Shown: positions 36,653 through 48,648 of the stretch, in pieces | Layout of the letters: each line of letters starts with the position of its first letter | Position numbering within the stretch: position 1 is the stretch's first letter | Source of the DNA: Sphaerodactylus townsendi | Taxonomy: Eukaryota | Reading direction: 5' to 3' | DNA length: 64,000 nt | NCBI RefSeq assembly: GCF_021028975.2 | Contig: NC_059434.1 | Span: 48,360,001 to 48,424,000 of the forward strand | Made by a program: the position numbers and the translations under genes | The notes under the pieces: model-generated | The model's database searches: none | Seen by the model: the letters and a program-made list of their open reading frames with translations, nothing else | Told to the model about the DNA's origin: nothing

Positions 36653-38099
36653 CAGGGACGTAGGTATAGATTTTTTAGGGGGGGTTCAGGGTGGGGCCAC
36701 ACCCCACCCGCCCCTAGGGCATGGCCACGCCTCCCCAACCCCCGCCTCTGGCCTAGCGCTTATAAAAGCAGCTCTCCGAGGTCGGGGATGGCAGACTCCC
36801 CTGCCTTCCCTGCCCTGCCTCTCCCCTCTGGGCAGAGGCATAGAGGGAAAATGGAGCCCGGTGCAAAATCTGAGTTTTGCACCCCCCACCCCCACCCAGG
36901 CAGCCGCTGTGATGCTGGAATCCACCCCCAAACAGCATCACTTTCAACGGTGTTTGAAAACTAGAGAGCCCAAATTCTCCTTTTAAATCCACCTTAAAGG
37001 GAGAATCTGGGGTCCCTAGTTAAACAACATTGAAAGTGATGCTGTTTTGGGGTGGATTATCCCCCACCCTGAAACAGCATCACTTTCAATGTGGCGTAGT
37101 GGTTAAGAGCAGGTGCATTCTAATCTGGAGGAACCGGGTTTGATTCCCTGCTCTGCCGCTTGAGCTGTGGAGGCTTATCTGGGGAATTCAGATTAGCCTG
37201 TGCACTCCCACACACGCCAGCTGGGTGACCTTGGACTAGTCACAGCTTTTCGGAGCTCTCTCAGCCCCACCCACCTCACAGGGTGTTTGTTGTGAGGGAG
37301 CAAGGGCAAGGAGATTGTAAGCCCCTTTGAGTCTCCTACAGGAGAGAAAGGGGGGATATAAATCCAAACTCTTCTTCTTCTTCTAAACTGAGGACCTCAG
37401 ATTCTCCCTTTAAATCCATGCCAAAGGGGGTGGATTTAAAAGGAGAATCTGGGTAAATTTGGGGGGTGCCTACTGTCAGGGGTGCAATGGTTAAGCTAGA
37501 AGCACCAAAATTTCAGGGTATCTTTAGGAGTCTCTCCTAATGATACCACCCAGGTTTGGTGAAGTTTGGTTCAAGGGGTCCAAAGTTATGGACCCTCAAA
37601 GGTGTAGCCCCCAGCTCCTATTAGCTCCCATTGGAAACAATGGGGGATGGGAGCACCCTTTTGGGAGTCCATGGCTTTGGACTCCCTGGACCAAATTTCA
37701 CAAAACATGGGTGGTATCAATAAGAGACTCTCCTGATAGTACATCCCAGGTTTGGTGAAGTTTGGTTCAGGGGGTCCAACGTTATGGACCCTCAAAGGTA
37801 TAGCCCCCATCTTCTATTAGCTCCCATTGGAAACAATGGAGGATGGGGCACCCCCTTTTGGAGTCCATAACTTTGGACCCCCTGAACCAAACCTCACCAA
37901 ACCCAGGTATTATCATCAGGAGAGTCCCCCAAACAATCTCTGAAAGTTTAGTGCTGCTAGCCCAAAAAAATGCGCCCCCTGCAGGCCAAAAACTGAAAAA
38001 GAACTAAAATGTTTTTAAAACCCACAAACGGGTGGGCGAAGCTTCGGACATGAATGGGGGGGTTCAAACCCGAGAAACCTCCCCTTACCTACGTCCATG
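36653..38099. mobile_element. Non-autonomous hAT element built from alternating inverted modules
   Basis: TIR CAGGGACGTAGGTA ... TACCTACGTCCATG. TSD GTTCGGAG (36645-36652) / GTTCAGAG (38100-38107). Confidence 0.88.
37091..37384 (+). mobile_element. Squam3-like tRNA-derived SINE inserted in the hAT element
   Basis: A box TGGCGTAGTGG, B box GGTTTGATTCCC and (CTT)n tail. Near-identical copies at 48341-48648 and 58617-58927. Confidence 0.9.
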
Positions 38100-38336
38100 G
38101 TTCAGAGCATTTGACATCATCAACTGCCTTTTTCATGTAAACTGTCTCTTGGTTTCAAATTATTGTAAAGGGTAGATCCCAGAAGATGCTGGGAGATTTC
38201 TTTTTAATCTTCCAAAGGAACCTGAGGAACCCCTTAGTCAATGATACACGGTCTGAAGAGAAATCCCCCAGCAATATCTTCTGTGAACTGTAGTTTTTTT
38301 TAAAAAAAACTGAAACCAACACAAGGTGCCTATAGG

Positions 38337-41300
38337 CAGGGGCGAATCTAGGCAAACTGGAGCCCGGGGACAAAATCTGAGTTTGGTGCCCCCCCCCCGG
38401 TATGGACGACCACCCTCCCCCACAACGACCAAACAATGATTTTTTGTACCAGCTCACAAAACACCTCCCACCACCAGCAAAACATACATGGCTCTCCCCA
38501 CCAACTCTCTTTCCTAATTTTGTCCTCACACCAACCCTATGAGGTAGGTTGTTAGCCTCAGAAACAGCTCCAAGCCAGTGCAAGTGGGAATTAACTTTTA
38601 AGCATGTAAATCTCTCACAAATCACCGCCCCCATCGGAACCTTCCCCCCAAAGGCAGTTTGAACAAAGAAAGAAAATCAGAGAGACAACTGTGAGTTGGC
38701 TGAAGTACCTTGGATAGCAGGCTTTCCCCATTTATCTTTGTGGATCTGATGTGGGGTAAATCTGCCACCTTGCAGTAGTGCCTCTACCTATACTCTACTC
38801 ATTTTAAAACAAGTGTCAAGGTTCCAGTGTTCTTGTTACCAGACAAACCTGTAGTAGAAGGGGTGGGTGGGTATTTTTTAGAAACAGTGTTTATCATTCC
38901 TGCAAACTCCCCACGACATGCCCAGGTAGAGACGGCCTGGCAAAGATGCAGGGCCTTCTGAGTTAAGCATGGGGACTGGGCGGCCTGCCCCCCCCAAAGC
39001 CCCCAGAGTCTGGAGTGGGGAGCCATGGCTTCTGAGGCGCATGGATGGCCCCCGCAGCTGACAGGGAAACCATAAGTGGGGCTTGATGGGGGGTGGAAAA
39101 ACCAGGTCTTGCCCCCAGTGCTGGCTGGGCATGGAGCAGGGGTGGGGCAGGGGTGGAAAACTCTTGTCTTGCCCTGGGCATCATTTTCTGCCAGTGTGCC
39201 TCTGAGTTTTTCACTTGACAGTATGCTGAGAATAGGGACTGCTGTAACTCACAAGGTCTGCTCAGGAGTTGGTCTGATGTATTTGGCTGGCTAATACTGG
39301 AAACTAATTGCTGGACTAGATGGAGATAGGTCCCCTCTTGAAGGCCAGAAAGAGTGGGCTCCACCACCACATGATGCAGAAGATCGGAACCTCATGCTTT
39401 TGTCAAAAGCCAAAGCAGCTGAGGAAGGGGGAAAACAAATGGATGTTTGACCAATTCCCCTAAATATTTTTTTTGCACTACAAATTGACTTTCTATCAGA
39501 GCTTCTATTTTGCTTTATTGACCAACCTGTCCCCTCCAAATTAAGCAACCAGCCACTGCTCTGGAGAGGACCTGCTCCCAACACCCGTGGCAACAATCTG
39601 TCTAAAACAAACATCCAAAAGAATCATAAAGGCCTCTGATAATTGATGTTATAGGTAATTTAGTGCTAAGTGTACGGCAAAGATGAATGAATGTGCCCTT
39701 TTCAGCCTGGTGGCATCTAATATGGAAAACTGGGTTTGATTCCTTACTCCTCCACATGAGTGGTGGACCTTTATCTGATGAACTGGATTTGTTTCCCCCT
39801 CCTACACATGAAGCCTGATTGGTGACCTTGAACTAGTTCTCTTTGAACTCTCTCAGCCACACCTACTTTACAAGGTGTCTGTTGTGGAGAAAGGAAGGGA
39901 AAGGAGTTTGCAAGCTAACAAATGCCTTCCTTTCCTCTCCCCACTTTCTTCCTCTCCCTCTTCTGCTCCTGCTCCCTTGTAGGGTAGCAGGTGGGGCAGA
40001 CAGAGTGGGGCATCAAACTCACTCTGCAGATTACAGCCCAGCCCCACAGCAAAAGTTAAGAAGCCAGGCGCTCCATCCCCCCCCTAATATTAAGGCTATT
40101 CACAATAGCAAACAAAATTTTAGGAATAGAAGAACAGTTTGGATTCATACATTGCCTATAAGGAGTCTCCAAACAGCTAACAAACACCCCCTCCCTTTCC
40201 TCTCCCCACAGCAAGCACCTTGTGGGGCAGAGAAAGTGGGGCATCAAACTCACTCTGCAGATTACAGCCCAGCCCCACAGCAAAAGTTAAGAAGCCAGGC
40301 GCTCCATCCCCCCCCCCCCCTCTAATATTAAGGCTATTCACAATTGCAAACAAAATTTTAGGAATAGAAGAACAGTTTGGATTCATACATTGCCTACAAG
40401 GAGTCTCCAAACAGCTAACAAACACCCCCCTTTCCTCTCCCTTGTGGGGCAGACAAAGTGGGGCATCAAACTCACTCTGCAGATTACAGCCCAGCCCCAC
40501 AGCAAAAGTTAAGAAGCCAGGCGCTCCATCCCCCCACCCCAATATTAAGGCTATTCACAATTGCAAACAAAATTTTAGGAATAGAAGAACAGTTTGGATT
40601 CATACATTGCCTATAAGGAGTCTCCAAACAGCTAACAAACACCCCCTCCCTTTCCTCTCCCCACAGCAAGCACCTTGTGGGGCAGAGAAAGTGGGGCATC
40701 AAACTCACTCTGCAGATTACAGCCCAGCCCCACAGCAAAACTTAAGAAGCCAGGCGCTCCATCCCCCCCCCCTCTAATATTAAGGCTATTCACAATAGCA
40801 AACAAAATTTTAGGAATAGAAGAACAGTTTGGATTCATACATTGCCTATAAGGAGTCTCCAAACAGCTAACAAACACCCCCCTTTCCTCCCCACAGCAAG
40901 CACCTTGTGGGGCAGAGAAAGTGGGGCATCAAACTCACTCTGCAGATTACACCCCAGCCCCACAGCAAAAGTTAAGAAGCCAGGCGCCCCCCCCCCCCCC
41001 GCCCCCACACACACCCAATCAAGGCCATTCACAATTGCAAACAAGATTTTATGGATAGAAGTGCAGTTTGGATTTGCACATTACCTTTAAGGAGTCTCCA
41101 AACAGTTCACAAACGCGCCCTCCCTTCCTCTCCCCACAACAAACACCTTGTGGGGCAGGGATTGCCTTCCTAGCCAGCCTATGGACTTCTCCTGTGCTGG
41201 CTGGCGCCCGTCTGCTGGGGAGAAGGCTTGAGAGCAACATCAAGGACTTACTGGAGAATAAGGCACTGCACTCTGGGCGAGAGGGAGGGGAGGCGGAGCT

Positions 41301-41551
41301 CTCCAGTCCTCCTCCTGGAGGCACAATGATATTTCTCCCCCGCCCTCTGGACACTCAGGGCCACCGTAGCGAGTGGGCGGGGCTATGTCAGGCTTCCTTA
41401 ATTTTTTCAGCAGCCGCTTCCTGAATGCCGGGCTTGCTTGGGCTTCCAAAATCAGTCTGCGTGAGGGGATGTTTTGGCGCCCCCCACGTGACTGCAATGG
41501 ATGCGCCCGGGGACAAGGGGTACCCCTTGTCCCTAGGCAAGTCCGCCAGTG
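38337..41551 (-). mobile_element. Composite non-autonomous hAT-type transposon, copy 2 (3215 bp), inverted relative to copy 1
   Basis: End-to-end reverse complement of 9939-13732. Begins CAGGGGCGAATCTAGG and ends CAAGTCCGCCAGTG. Flanks CCTATAGG / CTGACGGT do not form a TSD. Confidence 0.92.
39990..41160 (-). repeat. Tandem array of ~233-bp units (5 marker copies) inside hAT copy 2
   Basis: Marker CATCAAACTCAC at 40011, 40242, 40464, 40697 and 40927. Confidence 0.95.
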
Positions 41552-41650
41552 CTGACGGTCAAGGATACTATGCTGATGATATCAAATGCCGCTGAGAGGT
41601 CCAGGGGAAAATGCACTATAACACACTCCCCATCTGTAGGTCGGTATAGA
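41552..41650 (-). mobile_element. L2/CR1-type LINE reverse transcriptase fragment
   Basis: The minus strand translates to ...DGECVIVHFPLDLSAAFDIIS..., containing the LDLSAAFD RT motif typical of L2. Confidence 0.75.
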
Positions 41651-42179
41651 TTAGTGTTTCTCAACCTGTAGGTCAGGACCCCAAAGTGGGTTACAAAGCA
41701 TCTAGAATTAGATCTCAGGCCACCCCACCCTAATGGTTTCCCTTGCCTTTTCCATTGTTTACTTTGTATTTTAGAAATCAAACTCTGACCCTAGAAACAG
41801 TCATGTCATGTCATACATTAGGGTTTTTTTTCCATTACGTATATATGGTGATCAAGTAAAATGTGTCCTGATTGTTACTGTAGTAGTGAGTTTCTTAGAA
41901 TCTAACAGGGAATTAGAGAGTGTAATGGAGTAGAGATCTGTCAAAGGCTGGACTGTAACCTCCATATGCAGAGGCTGTGTACACTGGAATATGCCTTTTG
42001 CTTGAGGTCCATAGTGAGGCAGCTGTGCCCTTTGTGTGACGTTTGTTGGTTTTTCAAAAGCATCTGGTCAGCTACTGTAGAAAATGGAATGCTGAACTAG
42101 ATGGGTGCCAAGGTTATGTTTGCCTATGGGACAAAAAAACCTTGAGTCCACCTTGCATGTATTTATATTTTGTTTCTTT

Positions 42180-42900
42180 CCTGACCAAGGCTAGGCGCAG
42201 AATGGCTAATGATAAAATTGAGCAATTTTAAAATCATATATTAAATATATTAAATCTGGTTAAAACCATCTGTTTGTGTTAAAATTTTCAATAGTGCTCT
42301 TAAAACCTTGTAACTGTATCAGGAGACCAGTCAAAGAGGGAGGAGAGGAAGGGGAAGAGCAAAGGAACAAACAGAGGGTCCCCACGGTGAGGAAAAGATG
42401 GAGAATAAGAAGTGGGAAAGGATGGGGTAGGTGGGTAGCCAGCTAATAGCAAACTGTTACTGTCCTCAGCCATAGGCACAGTGGAACAACTCAGTCTTAC
42501 AGGCCCTGCGGAATTAAGCCAAGTCTTGCAGGGCCCAGGTCTCATTTGATGGAGAGTTCCCCTAGACTCGGATCAGATTCAAGAAGGCTCTGGCTCTACT
42601 TGAGGACAGTCCGATGGTTCTAGGGCCAGGGATCACCAGTAAGTTGTTACCAACTACACATAACACTCTTTGAGGGGTTATCAGGGGAGGCAGTCCTGCA
42701 TGTACAATCATCTCAGACTGTTTAGCACTTTAAAGGTCAGCACCAAACCTTGAATTTGATCTGGTACTCAACCTGGAACCAGCGCAGCTGATGAAGCACT
42801 GGTCATATATGTATTCTTCGTACATTCATAATTAGAACACACACCACTGCATGCTGAACCAGCTGTCGTTTCTGCAGCAGTGTCAAGGGTTGGGATAGTA
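42180..42900 (-). mobile_element. Degenerate L2-like LINE 3' region
   Basis: ctttaaaggtcagcaccaaaccttgaatttgatctggtactcaac...accagcgcagctg resembles squamate L2 ORF2 ends on the minus strand. Boundaries approximate. Confidence 0.55.
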
Positions 42901-44316
42901 AAGACCATCAGGGCAACCTATTTATTTATGTATTTTATTTATAGTCTGTCTTTTTCCCTAATGGTTACCCAAAATAGCTTACATCATTCTCCTCCATTCA
43001 CTAAAAAAATGAAATGTCATGTTGTCAGTTTTTAAAAATGGAAAGACATTTTATAGCAAACAGTTTTGTCTATGTTTTATATTGTTGTTTTCCAGAAAAT
43101 ATATTTCAGTTTTTGACAAAAAAAACCCTCTCTTAAATGGCAAGCCAAAAAATAAACCTCTTAATAGAGTAAACATCCCTCTAGAATTGTGTATTTAACA
43201 GATGTCTACTAGATATCTTATCTTGGGAGTTGATTCTTTGTTTAGTACAAGTAGCAGTGGGATCACACTACAAGAAATGGCTAGCCTTTTTGCCATCTTT
43301 AAAGCAGATTGCCTTAAGAGATACTGAGACCATAAGAGAAAAAGAGAAATTGCATAGATCCAATAGGCTGAGAGGTTTCTATTATATTTCTTCCTCAGAG
43401 ATTGTATCATCATTAAATTCACACTTTTAAGGCCCTGGGAATCAGGCCAGCATGACAGAAAAGTTAAGCTAAAACGAATCTACTGTATTAATTTTTGTGG
43501 ACATGATTAAGCTTTCTGCGTACGGGAACAATACTATTTTTCACGCCATCTTTAGTTGGAGGTTAGGCAAATAGTCCTTAATGTGAGAGAGAAAATGAGA
43601 AGAAACCAGACAGAGTCAAAATTGAATATGGAAGTAAACAAACTGCCTGAGTTTATGATCTAAACTGGAAAATAATACAAGGTCATTTATTTGTAATGAT
43701 AGGATGGGAGTCCTTTCAGCTAGCAGGCAACTTTTAGAAAGTATTTCAAGTAGACTGCCCATCAAATAAGCATAATTGTAATCAAAATTCTTAGAACGTT
43801 CACAAAAATTCCTGAAGGCAGTCAGCTCCCCTCAAATTAGTAACTCAGATAAATCACCATTAATTAGTTAATATAAGCCAGCAGGTGGTTTCAAGCCCAG
43901 AGACATTCTCTGGTTATTTTAATTATGTATACTATACTATACCAAAGATAAAGCAAGGAAAAGGGAACAACAGACACAAATGTAATTTTTAAAAACTGTT
44001 TAGGGGTAATGATCAACTGAAGTCTCCTGCAAGTCCCACATCGAACCCAGAGGAATACAAGGCAGCTTTGACCCCCTGCTCAAATAATATAATCCATGAA
44101 CACTCCATGCTGCTGTTATTTCAACACCGATTATGCACGCAATGAGCAAAATATGTACGGGAATCTTGCTTGCATATATTTGTTCTAGAAAAATTTCTAT
44201 TAACAGGAGTTGAGTAGCAACTGGTTTTTTAAATAATATCACAGGTCTTTGAAGTGTATCGTTGAAACAATATACACGCAGAATCTTTTTTCATTTAGAT
44301 TCCCCAAAAATATTAC

Positions 44317-44372
44317 ATTGGCCTGATATTCAGTATTAACATATTGGCCTGATATTCAGTATTAACATATTG
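44317..44372 (+). repeat. 26-bp tandem duplication (ATTGGCCTGATATTCAGTATTAACAT x2)
   Basis: Two exact adjacent copies. Confidence 0.9.
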
Positions 44373-45141
44373 CACTGGTTAAGACACAGGTGATAACTAA
44401 ATCTGAAACAAATGTAGAAAATGAATTAAAATTCAGATCTCTAGTACATAAGATTATGAATGTGCACTGGGGAAAAAATCTGATGTTTTTCATATTTCTG
44501 GAATAGTTCCAGGTTATTTGGGATAAAGATTTTTGAGATTAAGATTTGTTTTAATTCTGAAAATTTTCAGGTCCATTATTTTTTGTGGGGGGTACTTTCA
44601 AGGGGGTTGGAGTGGCTGTGTTTCAAGTGCATAACGCCCAATCTTTGCCCTGCCTATCCACTAAAGATTCCCCAGGTTTCAAAGAGTTCAGTTCTATGAG
44701 TTCCGGAGCAAAGTGCCTCCATGCATATCTTACCTATCTCCATTATTTCCTTTTTGGACCTACTGTCTCCAGGGAAAAGATGCCAATAGCCAAACACACA
44801 AGAGCAACCAATGGCCAAAATCTTCCAAATACAAACAGAACCAACAAGCTCAACAAAACCAATGTCAAAACAGAGACTCCTTCCTATGGTACACCCCAAA
44901 TACAAACCCTTTAAAAATGAGAAATTTTATAAACAAAAAATTGCAAAGTACTTAAAAATTTTAAAAGAAGCCAAGAGAGGGAAACCCAATAGCACAAACC
45001 CTTTTTAAAACAACATAAAACAAAAGCAAGAAAAAGTGTTTTAAAAAACCAGAAACAAAAAAGGTGCGTTCTGCTTACCAACTTCACCCCCCATCAACCC
45101 CCCCCCAAAACCCTGAAATAATAATTTAAAGTTTAAACAAT

Positions 45142-45700
45142 GGTCAATTCCGCACAGAAAATGTATAATGGGTTGCAGTCATTATAAAGGAACCCATTTT
45201 CCTTTTTCCTGTTCACATGCATGCCGTGCAGGCAGCGATTGGAGCCCAAGGAAACAACGCAAGTTGCTTTTGTATTTTCACGTGGAGACGCTGTCTTTCT
45301 TTAATTATTTCCTGCAACACATATGTAGTTGCGCAGGCATATAGAAATGAACCCCCACAGCCATGCTGATCACCCCACAATTCAATCGGTTGCACCTGCA
45401 TAGCTGCGCATGTACAACATGCAAAATGAAAGAAAAGGGGGTCTTTTTGCAACAGCAGGGCAATAATGAACATACTGCTGTGGCAGGTGGATTTTCCCTG
45501 ACTGTACAGTGGAAGGAAGGGAAATGAAGTACCTCCTGCCTGACCATTCACGCAGCAGCATCTCCAACCTGGGATTTTGCAAAAAATCACTAGTTCAGTG
45601 ATTTTTTAAAATCCCAGGTTGAAGGAAATAAAACAGGGCAGACTCATTTTGGGGACAGGACAAATACAACCCCACCCCCCCAATAAAAAAGGTTTGTCTT
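45142..45700. mobile_element. Probable Harbinger-like element, one end recognisable
   Basis: Starts GGTCAATTCCGCACAG, matching the reverse-complement end of 30589-31345 (GGTCAATTCCCCACG). Internal inverted repeat caacctgggatttt / aaaatcccaggttg. Right end unclear. Confidence 0.5.
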
Positions 45701-45777
45701 GTGTCCTACACTCATTATATTTGCCTTGGTTGGAATCCACCATTATCTTAAAGTCTACTTTTAAAAAAATATTGATA

Positions 45778-45995
45778 GCCAGTGTGGTGTAGGTATTGGA
45801 GTATCAGACTAGGACCTGGGATACCCAGGTTCAGATCACCACTCTGCCAAGGAAGTTTGCTGGATGACAATGGAGGAATCCCACACACTCATCCTAACAC
45901 TTTTCTGGGTTGTTGTCAGGATAAAATGGAGAAGAGGAAAATATCATAGGTGACTTTGAATCTACATTGGTAATAAAAGGGGAATATAAATTAAG
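45778..45995 (+). mobile_element. Old tRNA-derived SINE
   Basis: gccagtgtggtgtag (A box), ccaggttcagatc (B box) and gggttgttgtcaggataaaatggag core. Confidence 0.7.
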
Positions 45996-48340
45996 GATGT
46001 AAACAAATATTATTATGTTGAGGTGCTAGTGATCAAACAAGAGCAGTATTCAGTATCTTGTCAGGTAGCCAGCCACTGTGCAAATGTCTATATTCTCTAT
46101 GTTACTGAATGCAATGCAGATGTCTTGCCAGTCTGTTCCGAGTCCTATAAGTAATGATATAAGAAGGGAAAAGGCATAGATCCTGAAGTCACTCCAACTT
46201 CCTATCTCACAAGTGGACTAAAAACAAGTATAGGACATGTCTTCACCCAGAATCTAGCCCAGTTTCTTAAAGACCAGTAATGAAACTCAAGAAAACTTTG
46301 TTCTAAAATGTACAAAGCATACTGCCTCCATATGAACCAAGCATCTATTCTCTCTAGAATAGTCTGACTTGTCTCTCCTAGAGAAAGGAGAATTGTCGTA
46401 AGGGGAAATAAGTGAAGGGTCAAGGCAACATCACCTTTTTCCTTTAACGGTTTTCCCCAAACTATGACCTAAAGTACTTAGGATCTTGGAATTAGTTATT
46501 GACTTCGAAGATGTACAGAGGGATGTGACAATAGCTTTTAGGAGAGCAAAGTAAGCATGGTTCTATCACTGCTTTTCCCAGAACTTTTTTTATTAAACTG
46601 GTCAGCACAGATGAGATGACACCTGTCTATATAACACTTCTTACAGACTTACTTCAAAATAGGTAACCTATCATATATGTTAATGACTGAGTTGAAAATA
46701 TCCTTAATGGATTGATTTTAGATTCTCACTCATTTATTCCAGCAGATACTGAAGAATTAATTGAAAGACCCTTGTGACAAACAAATCAAGCTATTCCTTT
46801 AAAAAAATTGATAAAGCTCCAGGGCCTTTAAAATTTGAAGTGCTGATCTCTTATTTGCAAGGGAAGTTTGTTTATGGTCAAATAACTAGAATCAGGGAGC
46901 CTAGATTTCCCCAAGGAGACCAAGGATTAGCATACAAAAATTATCTTCGAGCAGGTTTTTTTGCTCCATGTCAGCAAGAATAATGACAGCATGTAGAGGT
47001 GTTTGGGAGAGACACTAAGAGGTTCCTACTTGTATCTGTCAGGTATGTTGTTCACAAACTCAGAATTGTTTTGGGGGTCTCTCAATTAATTTTAATCAAG
47101 AAAAAAGGTTATTTCAGGGCCTAGTAAACATGCCAACTTTTAAAAATATATTAAAGTAAGAGTGCTACACATTTGAACCTTCTGGAAGACCACTGACTTC
47201 CATTCCCAGGTGACTCCCTGCAAGCATCTTCGGAGGTGGTAGGAAATTCTGTCAAACTTGTTGACAGGTCCCTCTCAGTGAACAACATAGGGAGCCACTC
47301 TAATACTTGACAGCATTGTCGGCTCAATCAAAATGTCTGGGTGCAGTCTCTCAGGGTTATCCCCTAGAATTCAAAGCTCTTCCAAGAAAGAGAGTCCAGA
47401 AAAAAACTGTCTAGAAAATAATTCATTGTATATTCTCCTGGCAATTTACTACCTGCTAGAGATCAGAGTGGTAGAACCAGTGCTGATAAACAATTGTGTT
47501 AGACCTCTACTACATCTTTTTCACTGTTCGCAAGAATAATGGGATCACAAGAGCCAACTGGAAGTGGTTGAATCACTGGATAAAGAAAATGCACTTTCGA
47601 AGGTCTCCATTTGAAATCAATCCATTCAAAGTCAATCATCCCAGCCATGATAGACATTTTTGAAGCCTGTCTTCCTCTATCATGTGGGAAATTACTTTCA
47701 CTTTGAAAACTTACCATATGCTTTGCCTTCTCATCACCTTAAATTTGAGGAACTCTCCTTTCCATACCTCAGCAACTTCCTAATAACAGCAGAGAAATTG
47801 TCTCATCTGGACAAGGCGTGAACCCATTCTTCTCTCTAAGCAACACCAACAGTGTAAGAATTTAACATGTTATTTCTTATCAGAGTTTATTGAGCAGACT
47901 GATGCATCCATGTATAAGACTTAAATTTCTGAGTCTGTAAATCTATGCAGAGATTGTCTGTCTTGCATATTTTTGTGAAAAGGAAATGATCCCTCATGTC
48001 TGTTCATTCCCTGAGCTGTACTAAACAGAGGAGTAAAACTTTTCGTGGTCTCGGAAGTTGCTCCCAAAAACAAGCTAATCTGCCCAATTACAGGGCAGAA
48101 TACTAATACATGTGACCTACCAATAGCTGAAAACTAACATCCCAGCATGCAGTTATTTTAAAGGGACAGCTCTATTTTCTAGTAACTACTGCTAATACAT
48201 ATGCATTTGCCATCTCAGAATGACTAGATTCCTCTTGGGACAGCACAGAACATCCAGAATGTTTATGCTGTTAATGCTGCTCTCCAGCACCACAGCTTCA
48301 TGATCAACTAAAAGGAAAAAATCCTCTTAGTAGCTATTAC

Positions 48341-48648
48341 AAGAAGAAGGAGGAGGAGGAGGAGTTTGGATTTATATCCCCCTTTCTCTCCTGTAGGAGA
48401 CTAAAAGGGGCTTACAATCTCCTTGCCCTTCCCCCCTCACAACAAACACCCTGTGTGGTGGGTGGGGCTGAGAGAGCTCTGAGAAGCTGTGACTAGCCCA
48501 AGGTCACCCAGCTGGCATGTGTGGGAGTGCACAGGCTAATCTCAATCCCAGATAAGCCTCCACAGCTCAAGCAGCAGAGTGGAGAATCAAACCCGGCTCC
48601 TCCAAATTAGAATGCACCTGCTCTTAACCACTACACCACTGCTGCTCC
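48341..48648 (-). mobile_element. Full-length Squam3-like SINE
   Basis: Reverse complement of 37091-37384 plus the 5' GGAGCAGCA head; (AAG/AGG)n tail. Confidence 0.9.

Noticed and set aside
37091-37160. tRNA gene (A and B boxes)
   Set aside because: No cloverleaf; it is the tRNA-derived head of a SINE repeated several times in the window.
13733-38336. Already-inverted segment between the two large copies
   Set aside because: Copy 1 keeps matching TSDs on both sides and the TTC29 exons are collinear on the + strand.
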